DNA of 63,302 nucleotides, filler included, from Reclinomonas americana ATCC 50394 (taxonomy: Eukaryota): assembly GCA_048213135.1 (NCBI GenBank). It is 16 parts of 16 records of this genome, joined end to end, with 100 filler letters (N's around TTAATTAATTAA, not from the genome) between each part and the next. Parts side by side here need not be neighbours in the genome. Positions count along the whole stretch, not along the records: positions 1 to 12,819 come from AFZH01022821.1; 15 more parts are not named here. One strand, given 5' to 3'. The translations under genes were made by a program, and so were the position numbers. Shown in pieces: positions 1 to 12,919 of the stretch. Below the pieces are notes generated by a model. That model saw only the letters and a list, made by a program, of their open reading frames with translations. It was not told where the DNA came from and did not search any database. Numbering within the stretch: position 1 is the first letter of the stretch; every line of letters begins with the position of its first letter.

Positions 1-31
<31 letters not shown>

Positions 32-67
32 GGACAGGGGGAAGGCTGACTTGTGTGTTCTGTGTAG

Positions 68-928
68 GTATGCCATTCATCTGCCTCCGCGAGAGACGCT
101 GCTGGGAATGCCAAAGGGAAGTGTCGGGCATGAATGTTGCGCGACGATCGGATCTTGCCCTCCTCCTCCTGCCTCCTTCTGCACCTCCATGAGCCTCCTC
201 ATGCTCCCCTTCTCGCTCCTCTTCCTCCTCCTCTTCATGCCTCTTTTTCAAGCTCTTGCCTCATCTCTTGTCCTCCCTTCCTCCTTCTCCTCTTCCTTCC
301 CCTTTTCCCCTTTCCCCTCACCACCCCCTTCCCCATTATCACAGACGCCCTCCGCGCCTCCACCACCACCGAAGTCCACATCCAGAGCCGCTTCGCCGCC
401 GACATCAAAGCCCGCTCGCTCAACGACGCCGGCTACCTCCTCGGCCTCATTGCCTCCACGCGCAACCTGTGGTTCCTCACCCTCGGCTACGACCCTTACG
501 ACGATTCGAATCTGGTGAGCAACCCGCACCTCGTTTGCCCTTACAGACAGTCTCATGCATCTATCTGATCGGTGTTTTTCAGCTCGACGACATTGCGCTG
601 GAGGGCTTCACATTTGTGCAAACGTCGTCGGCCCTCAGCTTTGCCACCATCTCCGCGTCGCTGCTCAACGTGCTGGCCGAGGGGCCGCACATGATGCAGT
701 CGTCGATCAAGTACCTCACCGAGGGCGTGACGCGCGCCAAGGCCAGCAAGGTTTGCAAGGGGGAAGCGCGCGTGCTTGAGAGAGTTTGCTCTTTCTGAAT
801 CGTTTATGCAGCCCCTTCTGGAGATCAAGTGGGACGAATGGCTCGAGCGACCACTGGAGGAGCTGCGGCGAGATCGTCACATTCCGCCCTCGGCGCTGAT
901 CGCTGCGAGAGAAGCGTCGCGGCAGTGA
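68..928 (+). CDS. COQ4-family (ubiquinone biosynthesis) protein, 3' part; metal-binding motif degenerate
   Basis: Exons 68-135, 345-514, 583-750 and 812-928 (all GT-AG) give ...LLGMPKGSVGHEYALR...STRNLWFLTLGYDPYDDSNLLDDIALEGFTFVQT...RAKASKPLLEIKWDEWLERPLEELRRDRHI..*. This matches the Coq4 pattern LPxGTLGxxY / HDxWHxLxG / ExAxxxFxxxQT / WExxxxxPLxELR. The 5' end lies outside the window. Confidence 0.75.
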
Positions 929-1441
929 TGTGGATGGAGAGGGAGCCTCGTCGGTTGGCGAGAGGATGGTCAGTGTAAGTATTTGTGAATGCAGGCAAGT
1001 CTCTTTGAGTGCCTGACTGAGCAGAGAAACGCAGACTGCATTCCATCTATCTCGCCACTCTCAGTATCTCTCTCTCTTGCGCGTGCAGCATTGGGGTACA
1101 TGTCAATTCCATAATCCTCTCTCCCTCGCAAATCTTCTTACGCTTCTGCAACGCCTCTGCTGATGTCCGCTCACTCACTCACACTCACTCTCTCTCTCTC
1201 ACACACACACACATCCTCTCGCGACTTTGCAACACTCATAATGCCCACTCTTTCTCACCCTTTCTTATCGCAGTTTCGTCCGCCTCACTGTCCTTCATGC
1301 CACTCTCTTGCTCGCTCGCTCTTCTCTCTCATCTTCTCTTATTCCGCAACACCTCTCCTTCTGTCCATTCTCTCTCCGTCTATTGCTTTCCATCTCTCTT
1401 TCTTACACTTTCGCTCTTTCCTTCCCTTCCTCTCAGTCTCT

Positions 1442-1472
<31 letters not shown>

Positions 1473-1723
1473 CTCTCTAATCATCTCATTCATCTCACTC
1501 TCCCGCAACTTTCTCCTTCTGCCTCCCTCTCTGTCTCTCTCTCTCTCTCTCTTTCTCTCTCTTTCTGTGTCTACCCCTTCTCCCTCTCTCCTCCCTCTCT
1601 CCCCCCTCTTTTTCCTCTCCCCCTCTCATCACATTTTCTGATCACCTCTTCATTTCAATCCCACACTCAACAAACCCTCTCCCGCCGCCCGCCTACCCCC
1701 AAAAAAGAAACGCGCTCAAGATG

Positions 1724-4700
1724 TCACCGGTAGCGCACGGTCGACACCGGCTGCGGACTGGTAATCGTCCGCGACGATGCGGACGACGACGACGAATGCT
1801 GCGACGGCGGTGGGTCCGTGTACAAATCGATCGTCGACCGCACCAACACCGGTCCACCGCCGTAGCGCTCGCAGAAAAAGTCCCACACCTGCGGAGAGCA
1901 GCGAGTGAGCGACAAAGTGCGACTGAAGGTGAAGTCTGAACTGCGCTGTCTCGCTGCAATTTCACTCGACCTCTCAGCTTTGCCTCTTTCACTCTCACCC
2001 CCTCATTGCCAGTCAAGAATGCACTCGCAGAAGCACACTCTTACACGCACACGCCAACACTACAGCTCATTCTCACTCTCACTCTCAATACATCTATGCA
2101 CCACCAGTTACGCAACCAAACAAAGACGATGAATGCAGATCATCTCTTGCAGAACAATTATTCTCACAGTTACCCACTCTCACTCCGTTGCCTCATCGCC
2201 TTGGTGCCTCTCTCACTGCTCCCAATGCGCTTTCTGCCCACTGACAAACTCGCCAATGCAAATCTTGCAATAACTCGTCCACTCAAGCACAAACCACTGT
2301 TTCGTGATACTCGCCACCTCATCCTCTCTCCCCTCTCGAACTCTCCGTTCTCAATTCTCTCTCTCCCGTTCTCTGTTTCTCTCTCTCTCTCCTCTCTTAC
2401 TCTCACATCGCTCTCCTGCCCAGTACATCAGTTCGCGACATGACTCTGCACGCTCTCTTCAGCGCGCACGCCAATTGCTCAACAGTCATATTCCCTCGCT
2501 ACTCCCCTCCTGCTTCCCCCTTCCCTTCTCCACCTTTCCCCCCCACTAACCCTCCGATTCACACAATCAGTTCGCGACATGCCTCTGCACGCTCTCTCCA
2601 GCTCTCACAAACGCTATATTCTCTCGCTACTCCCCTTCTCCCTATCCCTTCCCCTTATACCTCCCTTCCCCTTCCCCACCCTTCCCCCCCTACGCACCCT
2701 CCGATTCACACCGCGATAATCCACGGCCTTTTGCAAACCCCTCTTCGGCGCCCCATTCGGCGCCAACAACTGGTCGTTCAGAATCGCTCCCGGCAGCTCA
2801 TTCGTCTCCTCATTCACAAACATCTTCCACCGATTCAGCCAGTACGACGAGATAATGAACCACTCGTTCGGCTGGTTGTGCTTGTCGAGCTCCACAATGG
2901 CCTCGCGCTCCTCCTGCAAGGCGAAGGGGGTGAGGCATGGCACGAGGAGGAAGAGGGAAACGGCAGTGGCACCTTTCTTCGTTGCGCCAGTGCCTCGCGG
3001 ACTCGCTCACACTCGACACACTTGGAGAGCGTGCGCAGCTGATCGGGGAAGCCACCGAACGTGTCCACCACGCGATCGAACACGGAGCGCGGGATGCGCG
3101 AAAACAGCTGGTCGGGGTTGATGGAGCGCTGGTCAAAGCGGCCGTGCGGGCACATCGGGTAGTCCACCAGGTCCAGCTGCGCGGGGGAAAATGAGGACAA
3201 GGGAGGCAGGGGGAAAGGGAGAAGGAGAGAGAAAGAAAATGAACGGAAGAAAGGATCGAGTGCTAACTGAGTTTCTGCACAGTCGAGAGAGAACGTCGAA
3301 ATTGAAGAGAGAAGGAAAGAACAATCATTGTTCCTTTCTGCGGGTATATGGGTGCGCATGTGAAGAGGAAAGAGTACGACGAGGCAGAGAGAAGAAACAG
3401 AATTTATAGGTGACAGCATGCATTCCCGCAGCACTCACCACCGGACCCGGGTTGGACAACTCGTCAAACTTGATCTTCCACATCTTGGAGATATACACCG
3501 ATGACTCGGCGGCACTCTGCTGCTCCCACGCACGCTGCAACATGCGCCGTCTCTCAACGGCCAGGTCGTCGTTGCGACGGTAGAACAGAATGTATGCCTG
3601 CGAGGAGAGTGGAGTGAGCCTCAAACACCAACATGAAGATGACAGCACAGACAACATTTCTAGCTCGTGCTTGCGAGAGGAACAGAAAGGAACACGGGCA
3701 TGTGCGCAAAAGACAACTCGACACTCTCCTCTTTTTCCTCTTTTCCTGAACCATTTGCGTCTTGGATCCTCGCTTCTAGCACTCTTGTTTCTCATACACA
3801 TTGCCAGTTGTTGCCTCTCTCTCCTCGGTCCGTCCCTCAAAGTCTCCCGTGATGTCCCTTCCCCGCCTCTCACATAGACTCTTTATTCCCTGTCTCTCAC
3901 ATCCTCCCTCCTTCTTTTGCATCTACACCACTCTCCTGGTTGTCTCATTTCACTAACTCTCTTTCAGACTGTTGCGTCTCACTTCCTCTCTCCGTAATTC
4001 TGTTTCTCTCATGCTGTCGATACATACCTTCTTTGCCTCATCCCCTCTTTTCTTACTTTCCCCCCTCGCTTCATTCTCTCACTTGCTCTCTTCTCTCGTG
4101 CTTCTCTGCCCCTACCGCTTCTCTCAGATCCTTTCTTTCTCCCTCATCTCTTCGTTCTCTTACTTTCTCCCCCTTGCTTCATTCTCTCACTTACTCTCTT
4201 CTTTCGTGCTTCTCTGTTGTCTCTTTCTCCTTCTCTCCAGATTTCTTTCTTTCACTTGCTCTTCATCCACTATCTTTCTCTGCGCTCTCTTCTCTCCTCC
4301 CTGTCTCTCACCCTCTTTCCCTCTCCTTCCCCCTCTCCTTCCCCCCCTCTCACCTGACTCGACAACGCATCCTCCGGCGACGCCGAATACACACGAGAAT
4401 CGTCACACATGAGCCACTGATCCTGCGTGCAATGCCGCACGTACGACGTGTAGTGACCACCTGCCGACGTCACCACAGTCAGCCAACAGCGGACGCCCGC
4501 AAAGCGCACCACAGGCACAAACCGCCAAAGCTTCCATGATGATTGATCACGCCATACAGCTCGTACAGTGCTTGACCCTCCTGTTGAGAGATTACAGAAT
4601 GAGTTCGACGGTGGCGAAAATCGAAGAACAATCCCGAAAACAGCCTTTCCCCTATGTCCCCCTCCTCACCTCATGATCCACATACGGCGCCATATCCAGC

Positions 4701-7122
4701 AGATTCGGGAACGCCACCTCATCGTCCTTCTTCGAGCCCCAGCTATGTACAAAGTCGAACCGCTTGATGTGGAAACACAAAACCTGCGCGCCACGTTGAG
4801 CATCATCACACGCCTCCTCCATCGCCAATTCACGCCCCAAACGCACCTCCGGCAACGAGATGAACGAGAACTTCTTCGTTGCGTTTTGCAGTTTCTTGCA
4901 GCGCTCGCAACGGTACCGATTCTCCTTCACCAGCGCGTCGGGGAGACAGAACGCGTCGAGGCACTCTTCGAGGGTGACCGAGCCGCGTGTGCGGTCGTCG
5001 CCAAAGCCGAACAGGCCTTTTACGCGCGAGAGTATGCCGCCTGAGGGGGCGGGCTCGGCTGCGTGGAGGGGGAGAAAGGGAGGTGTGAGTAGAAGGGTGG
5101 GCGGGAGGAAGAGAGAGAAGAAAGGAGAAAAGATGAGCGCGAACTCGGCTACAGAGAGAGTGAAGAACGAGAGAAGAAGAGAAAAATGGGAGAACGAGAA
5201 CTGGATGACGGCAAGCAAACGCGGGCATGGAATCAATAAAAACGAGAAGAAAGGCGGGTTTGATGAAGGGGAGACAGAGAAGAAAACTGACAAATATGTC
5301 CAGTACAACTGCGGGTGCGAGAAAGAAAACAAAATCGACGACACCACACGCGCAACCACACATTCACACACAGTACACACAACGAGGGAGACAGAATGGA
5401 GGGGGGAAAGAGGACGGAATGATCGCGGGCAAGGATCCGACTCGATGAGGCAAGAAGAGATGCAAAGGGAGATAGTAACAACGAATGCTGGAGACGAATC
5501 GGTGAGTCATCCAACTGAGCTGTGGAAGCAAGGAGAGCATGAAGTGACAGACCGACTCACATCAACAACCAACAAGGAGAGGGAGTCTGCTGTGGCGAGA
5601 AGAGAAACTATGTTTAAGATGAAAACAATTGTCTCTATGATTGCAGTGAACGGAAGCGACGTAAACGAACAGTCGCTTTTTCTTTTTTCGTTCACCAACG
5701 TGAACCGCATTTCAGAGAGACGCAGAAGAAATGCAGAAGACGAGAAAGAGACAAAGGAATTGCAGCCATCACAAGGCAACAAACCCCCAACCTAGTTTCG
5801 GGGAGAAGGAAGCAGGAAGAAAACGAAGACACACTCTCAAACGCATTCAGTGAGAGATACAGAAACCCCCACTTCCCCTAATCTCCCCCTTCCCCCCAGT
5901 AGCCCCTTTACCTTGTCCTTTCCGCTCACCATCCACCTCCATCCGCTCCTCCCCCTCGCGATACCGCCTCGAGCGAGCAATCTCCGCGCGCTTCTCCTTG
6001 GACGGGATCGACACGCTGACATCCATAAATCTGTCTACCGTCTTGAATTTCTGTGCCACGATGGAGGAGTGAGCCACTTCCAGCACCTCACACGTACACA
6101 TCCCATCGCAACTCCTCCACATCCACTGCAGTCGACGGTGCTCACGAGAAGGCCCTCAAAGATGTCCGAAATGGGACTGGTGAATTCTCGCACCGGTCCC
6201 GAACTGGAGCGCAAAGAGAGTGAGCATCACTACCTTTGGAAATGCTTCGCTCGCATCCACTCACCCCGCCGATTCGTGATCCACAATGCCGTCGCCGATG
6301 CGGCGCGCGCGTGTCCATCGGTACTTGGAGAGTGAGCGTGCAGGTGCCAGGACCTGGGATGGGCAGTGTTGAGGACGGAAACAAGGGGATCAAGCCGTGA
6401 AAATGAGGGACAGAGAGAGAGAGAAAGAGTGTGTGTGCGAGAGAGCGAGAGAGAAAGCGAGCGGCACAGAAAGCGAGTGAGAGAGAAAGAGCGAGTGAGA
6501 GAGAAAGAGTGTGTGCGAGAGAGAGAGAGAGAGAGAGAGAAAGCGAGTGGCACAGAAAGCGAGTGAGAGAGAAAGAGTGTGTGCGAGAGAGAGACAGCGA
6601 GCGCCACAGAAAGCGAGTCGCAAAGTGAGCGAGTGACAGAGAGCACGAGTGACAGAGAGAGAGAGAGAGAGAGCGAGCAGAGAGAGGAAGATGCGGCGCG
6701 AACGATCACAACTAAATAGACACGCCTTGAACAAACACAAACCTCATCGCTCACGTGCGTGATTTCGTGCTTCAGCGCCTCATGCAGTCGATCCAGCATC
6801 GTGCGAATAAACTCCTGCGAGTCCTGCTGCCCGTAGCCTCGAAAAGGCGGATGCAACCGCTTGATCTGCTGCACGACAGCGTCGGGCGACACGGACTTCC
6901 GATTGCCGTCCCAAATGCATTGAAGCAGTTCGCGGTGTGCCTCGGCCAGGGGAACCTCTGCTTTTCTTTGCAGGGTGCTGAGGTGGGCCTCGAAGACGTC
7001 TGCGACGAGGGGGAAGGGAGTAAGGAGAGGGTGAGGAAGAGAGGGCAGGGAGGGGAGAGAGAAAGGAGGGGAAAATGAGCAAACAATGAAGAGGAAAGAC
7101 GGAGAGAGAGAAAGAGAAAGAC

Positions 7123-7159
<37 letters not shown>

Positions 7160-9910
7160 GAGAGCGAACACTAAAGAGGGAAAGACAGAGGGAGAGAGAG
7201 AGAGAGAGAGAGAAACAAATTATGTCAATGAATAACAGAGTATTTGCACTTGGAACAAGTGGGGAGAAAGTGCTAGAGAAGCGACGAGAAGAAAGCAATT
7301 ACGAGAGCATCAGTAGCAAAGAGCGCCAGAGATGGAGAAAAAGAGGTTGAGAATGGAGAGGAAGCGCCACACACAATTGCGCGTGAGCCGGCAATCGTGA
7401 GAGAGAAATGGTGTGAACGAATGCGATGATTGGAGGAGAGTGACAGAGAAAGAGAAAGAACGAGAGAATACCAGGATATCAGTGTGGACGAGCAAGAGAA
7501 GACAGAGAGAGTGTGAGACAACGGGGAGAGAGCATGAGCGAGAAATGGCAGAAAGGAACCAATCGCGGGATCATGAGTGAACAACCAACGGCGATTGAGG
7601 TCGCAACACACGCTAACAAGGAAGGAGGCGACAGAGAGAGCACCAGAAGCAGCCAGTCATCTCATTGTGACTCACCAGACAAGAAAATGCGCGTCATCGG
7701 CAGCGTGTGGAACAAGCACTGCAGCGCCGAGTTGAGGTAGCACGTGTTGCCGAGATTGGAGAGACCGCAGGTGCCGCCGCGTGGTGACTGCATCAAGGCA
7801 CCGCGCTCGTCGACAGACTGCGCGATGCGATCCTGCACCTCACTCAGCATCTGCGGGAGGGTGAGAAGAAAGAGGGGAAGTGAGAAAAGGCAAGTGCGGC
7901 AACAGACCTGACGGAAGCGCATGGCTTGCGGTCCATTTTCGATTTCCGAGTCACACTTGTAGCACCAGATCATCTGCGAAGCGGAAGGAGGGTGAGGAGC
8001 AGAGAGAGGAGGAAGTTCGTGACCACGTTTTTTTGGCCACGATTTCCTTCACCCACACCCTTCTCCTTCCCCACAAACCTTTGACGACAGATTCATGTTC
8101 ACGCAATGCGTGTCGTCCTGAATGGTCTGCACACAGGACGCGTGGTGTTGCAAGCAGTGGCCATTGTCGTAGCGCCCGCAGCCAATGAATCCGCACTGCA
8201 ACATAGAAAATGAGTTTTCTTGGCGAATAGTCATCTCCCTTTCCATCCAAATCACCTTCAAACACGCCCACAAATTCGGCATCACAAACTCGCACAGCGT
8301 GCATCGCAGATTCTGCGCGCGCAGCGCCTGCTGCAAATCCTCGCGCCCGCACAAATCGGCGAATTCCACACCCGTCAGCGCCTCAATGTGTTCGCACGTC
8401 TCCAGCCCCGCGGCCTCGGTGGCCATCGTAGCGGCTCCGTTGCCGGCCATTTCCGTGTCAAGGGTGGTCACTGTGGTGGTGGTGGAGGGGGCGGGAAAGT
8501 GAGTGCGTGGGGACGAAAGGACGCTCTCGCAATGCCTAACTCGGAGGTGGGCAAGGGAGAGGAGAGAAAGAGAGTATCGCGAGGTAGCTAGAGAGGGGAG
8601 AGAAGCGAATGCACGATACGACTGAGAGAAGAGACGAATGAGATACAGAGGATGCCCCGGAAGCGCAAAAATCAGGCATAGAGTGAGACGGACAGGTTGT
8701 GTTTGAGGAACAGGCGTGCTTGCGAGGAACATGGATTGTGCACATAAAGGAAGAGGAAACGTGAGCGACGGCTTCAAGGGAGATGTCTGCGACGTGAGAG
8801 AGTTATGTGCATGCCAGAGAGTGATGTGGTTGCAAAGGCGTGAGGAACCATATTCTCTCTTTCTCAGTCTCGTTGTGCATTTTTCTCTCACACAAACACA
8901 CACTCAAACGTACCCGTAGCTTCCTCCTGACCCTGCAAAAACCACACGTTCTCTTCTTACATTCTCTCATTCCTACTTCCCAGGTCCTTCATTATTCTTC
9001 ACTCGCATTCGTTCTGCAGTCTCGTGCTCCCCCTCTCTAACCTCCTTCCTCAGTGCTCGCTGCATGCCTTCTACAGTCACGTGATCTCTCCTACTCTCTC
9101 TCTCTCTCTCACAAACACGCACATCCCTCACTTCCTTCAGCCCAGCGTTTGTTCTCTCTTTCTTGTACTCTCTCGTTCCCCTGTCACACTTCCTTCCTCA
9201 GTCTTCGCTTGCATGCCTTCAGCAATCGTGTGCTCTCTCCTATTCTCTCTCTCTCTCTCTCTATCACGTACGCCCCCCTCACTTCAGCTCAGCGTTCATT
9301 CTCTCTTTCTCTCCACCCCCAGTCACACTTCCTTCCGCATTCCTCGCTAGCATGCCTTCTGCAGTCACGTACTCTCTCTCTCTCACACACATACGTATAT
9401 AGAGTCGCATCCACCCTCTCCCCTCTCCTTCCCCTCTCCAACCCTTCCACCCCACTCACCTCCCGATGTCCCGTGCGACTGCCCAGTCAGCGACGACGGA
9501 GTCGACGATCCCACCGACGACGACGCCGCCGATCGCGACGCCGCCACAGCCCTCTGCTGCTGTGACTGTGACTGAGACTGCTGCTGCTGCGACTGATCAC
9601 TATTCACACGCTGCGGCTTGACAGATCCCCTCGCACCCGGCGCACTGTCGACCGTCGGCTGCACACGCCGCGACGACGTGTCTCCCAGAGGCGGAAGCGC
9701 CGGCGCCCTTCCCGTTGTCCCACTCAACACTCCCTGCTGCGTAGGACGTGCTGCTGCTGTCCCGCCCACAGAAGGCTTACTCGCGCTACTGCTACTACTG
9801 CTCGCCCCCAGTGGCGTCGATTGCTGCGCGGTCCCCGGTCGATTCAATGAAGCAGTGGCCGACGCTGACGACGGAGTCGATGTCGACCTCGCGTGGCGGC
9901 GTTCCTCAGC
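1724..9910 (-). CDS. Ubiquitin-specific protease, USP20/USP33-like (zf-UBP + USP catalytic + DUSP-like domains), multi-exon
   Basis: zf-UBP ([38 protein letters not shown]), Cys box [18 protein letters not shown] (~7700-7770), QQDSQEF, His box [26 protein letters not shown], and DUSP-like [32 protein letters not shown]; stop at 1724. A low-complexity exon at ~9460-9910 joins in phase 1 to [10 protein letters not shown]. True start uncertain. Confidence 0.9.
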
Positions 9911-11229
9911 AGACGTACACGGGCACAGACACGACAAACCGGCGCGCGCGTTTCAACACACAGACAACACTCTGAGAGAGATAAGGTCAATGTCACTTTC
10001 GTCACTAAAGTGATATCTTTTGCGCACACATACACGCACACAGACACACTATGCTCTCACACACACTGTCTCTTTCTCTCTCTTTCCTCTTTCTTGTGTG
10101 TGAGTGTCTGTGAGTGCGACATGGCATCTCTCACACAGCAAACCGTTACAAACGTCGAAGTCACACTCTCACTCTCTCTCTCTCTCTCACTCAGTAAACG
10201 CAACGTTTGTTGTTGCTGTTTTGCTTGTTGTTTGTGGTGTGTGCGCGCACTTGGACACACTCTCACTTTCTCTCTCTCACACTCACACGCGCGCGCTCTC
10301 ACTCTCACTCACTCACACGCAAAGATAGACAAATAGAGAGACGACCAATGAGAGTTCGCTTTCGTCGCGTTGCCTCTGCTCTCTCACACACACACGCACA
10401 CACTCTTTGCAAAAATGCGCAGTTGTCGACGTTCAGGACAACTCCCATTTTTTTGCAATTCACCTCCTCGTCCACTCATGCACGTGTATAAACCAAGCGT
10501 ACGCGCTCAAGAGAGAGAGAGAATGCGAGTTGAGGCATTGCACAGACGCGATTTGTGCTTTTTAGTTGTCGACGTTGTGTGGCGTTGAGCGGACACGCCG
10601 TCAACTCCCTCCGCCCTCGCTCTGCACGTGCGCGTGTCTTGCGTGTCTGTGCGCGTGTACACCGCGCGGAGTCTCCAGTAGTGCAGGTCACCACGGAGCC
10701 CTTACGTCGACGTTTCGTTCGAATCCGGACAAGTGCGTTTTATCACACACACGTGGGTGCCAGCTCGCGTTTTTTCGCATATGAGACAGCGCATAGTCGC
10801 GCAACATAATGCGCGCTGTTTCTTTGCGTGTGCGGCTGTGTGGCATGAAAGAAAAAACGCGCAGGACACACGCGCAATTTCTGTTTTTATTTATTGTGAG
10901 AGTGTGTCTCACTGCTCACAGTGTGTTGTGTGAGTGAGTGTGCGCACACACCCGCGCGCGTGCACACACACACACAGTGAGAGAGAGAAAGACAGAGGGA
11001 GAGATTCGAGGTGAGTGAACGTCGAGCAACGTCTCTCTCTCACACACACAGAGACAAGTCAGAGAGAGTGAGAGAGAGAGAAAGGCAGTGCTCTTTCTTG
11101 TGTGTAAGGGTGTGTGGCTCTTCCTCTCACAGAGAGTGATAAATGAGAGAAATCATAAAAAGGCGCGCTCAGAGAGAGAGAGAGAGAGAAGAGAGAGACA
11201 ACAGAGAGAGAGAGAGAACAGTTGCTCTC

Positions 11230-11900
11230 ACTCCTCTCTCTTTGTCTCTCATACTCTCTCCCTCGTTCTCTGTCTGCCTGTCTCTCCCTCGTTCTCTTGT
11301 TCTTCTCTCTGTCTGCCTGTCTCTCTCTCCCTTCTTTCCTCTCTCTCACTCCTCTTGTCCTTCCCTCTTCCTCCTCCTTCTCCCCCCTTCTCTCTGTCCT
11401 TCTCTCTCCCTCCCTATCTCTGTGTCATCTCTCTCTTTCCTCTTCCTCTCGTCCTCTCTGTCTACTCTCCACACTCTCCTTCTCTCTCCTTTCTCTCTCC
11501 TTCTCTCTCCCTCCCTATCTCTGTGTCATCTCTCTCTGTCATCTTCCTCTCGTCCTCTCTGTCTACTCCTCTCACTCCTCCTTCCCCCTTCCTCTCTCTC
11601 TCTCTCTCTCTCTCAGTCTCTCTCCCTCCCTATCTCTGTGTCATCTCTCTCTGTCATCTTCCTCTCGTCCTCTCTGTCTACTCCTCTCTCTCTCTCTACA
11701 CTCTCCTTCTCTCTCCTTTCTCTCTCCACACTCTCCTTCTCGCTTCTCATCTTCCTGTATCCCTCCCTATACCTCCTTCTCCTTCACTCTCTTCTTCCCT
11801 TTTCCCCCTCCTTCTCCCTTTCCCTCCCCCCTTCTCCTCCTTCCCCCTTCCCCTCCCCTCCTTATCTCTCCTTGCTCTCACTCCTTCTTTTTCTCATCAT
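11230..11900. repeat. CT-rich low-complexity tract with three ~105-bp near-copies
   Basis: ctccctccctatctctgtgtcatctctct..cttcctctcgtcctctctgtctactc at ~11406, 11507 and 11621. Confidence 0.85.
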
Positions 11901-11912
11901 CAGGGCTCTCTC

Positions 11913-12247
11913 ATGGCCTCCTCCTCTGCATCGTCGGCGTCGACTCTGAGCGGATTTGTGTTTCTGGGCGAGCTGGGACGCGGATCGTATGGAGTCGTGT
12001 ATAAAGTGCGACGGAAAGGTGGGTGGGAGAGTGGCCCTGTGTCTGTCGCCTGGCGTTTGGAAATGAGCGCCACTTGATGTGCAACATATCGTCCGCAAGA
12101 CAGCCAGTGTCCAACCATTCCCCTCCTTGTGTGCAGCCGATCAGCGCCTGTATGTCATCAAGCAGATCAACATTGCTGGCCTCTCCGCACGAGAAAAACG
12201 CGATGCGATCAATGAGGTCAAGATTTTGGCGGCGCTCGACAGCGAGG
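11913..12247 (+). CDS. NIMA-related (NEK) protein kinase, N-terminal lobe only; rest lost in gap
   Basis: ATG at 11913: MASSS..LGELGRGSYGVVYKVRRK/ADQRLYVIKQINIAGLSAREKRDAINEVKILAALDSE. Gly loop, VIK and AINEV are typical of NEK kinases. Probable CT-rich 5'UTR intron at 11011-11903. Confidence 0.85.
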
Positions 12248-12919
12248 TGAGCAGTTGTTGCCCATTTCTCTTTCGCCCCTCCTTCTTGCTCTGTGTGCGT
12301 CTCTGTCTCCCTCCCTCTCTCGCTCTCGTCTCATCTTTCCGCATCGCTTTCTCTCTTGCCGTATTGCTCCATCACCAGCTGTGTGCGTGGGAGGATTTAA
12401 AGATGCCATCAAAGCGACAGTGAGGAGCAGTAGCGATTATACGCACCTGATGCAAATATTTGTTGTAGTGGTGGCAGTGAGTTGCTGTCCCACTCTCTCG
12501 CTACGTTTCATGGTGTTTGTGTGTTCCCCTCCCTCGCTCTCTGTCTCTGTCTCAGTGCTTGTGGTTTCTTGTGCTCCATGTGATGGCAGTCAGTTGCTGC
12601 CCCCTTTCCACACACACACACACACACACACACTCTCTCTCTCTCTCCCTCTCTAACTCTCGCTGCTTCTGCGTCAAAGTTTGCTGCCCCCCCCTCTCTC
12701 GCTCATTGCGCTTCTGTGTGCATGTATGTGTCTCAGTGTCTCTCTCACTTTCCGCCGCCCTATCCCTCCCCTTCTCTTTCATCGTCTTATGTGTTCGTCT
12801 GATTATCTCTCTGTTGGCCNNNNNNNNNNNNNNNNNNNNNNNNNNNNNNNNNNNNNNNNNNNNTTAATTAATTAANNNNNNNNNNNNNNNNNNNNNNNNN
12901 NNNNNNNNNNNNNNNNNNN

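Noticed and set aside
11088..12004. Long Leu/Ser-rich ORFs (also 1163-1733, 3940-4412, 46339-46875) as membrane proteins
   Set aside because: They are translations of stop-free CT/CTT microsatellite tracts in introns or intergenic DNA.
12864..12875. Recurrent TTAATTAATTAA palindrome as a biological repeat
   Set aside because: It is always centred in identical N runs and is a six-frame stop linker added during assembly.
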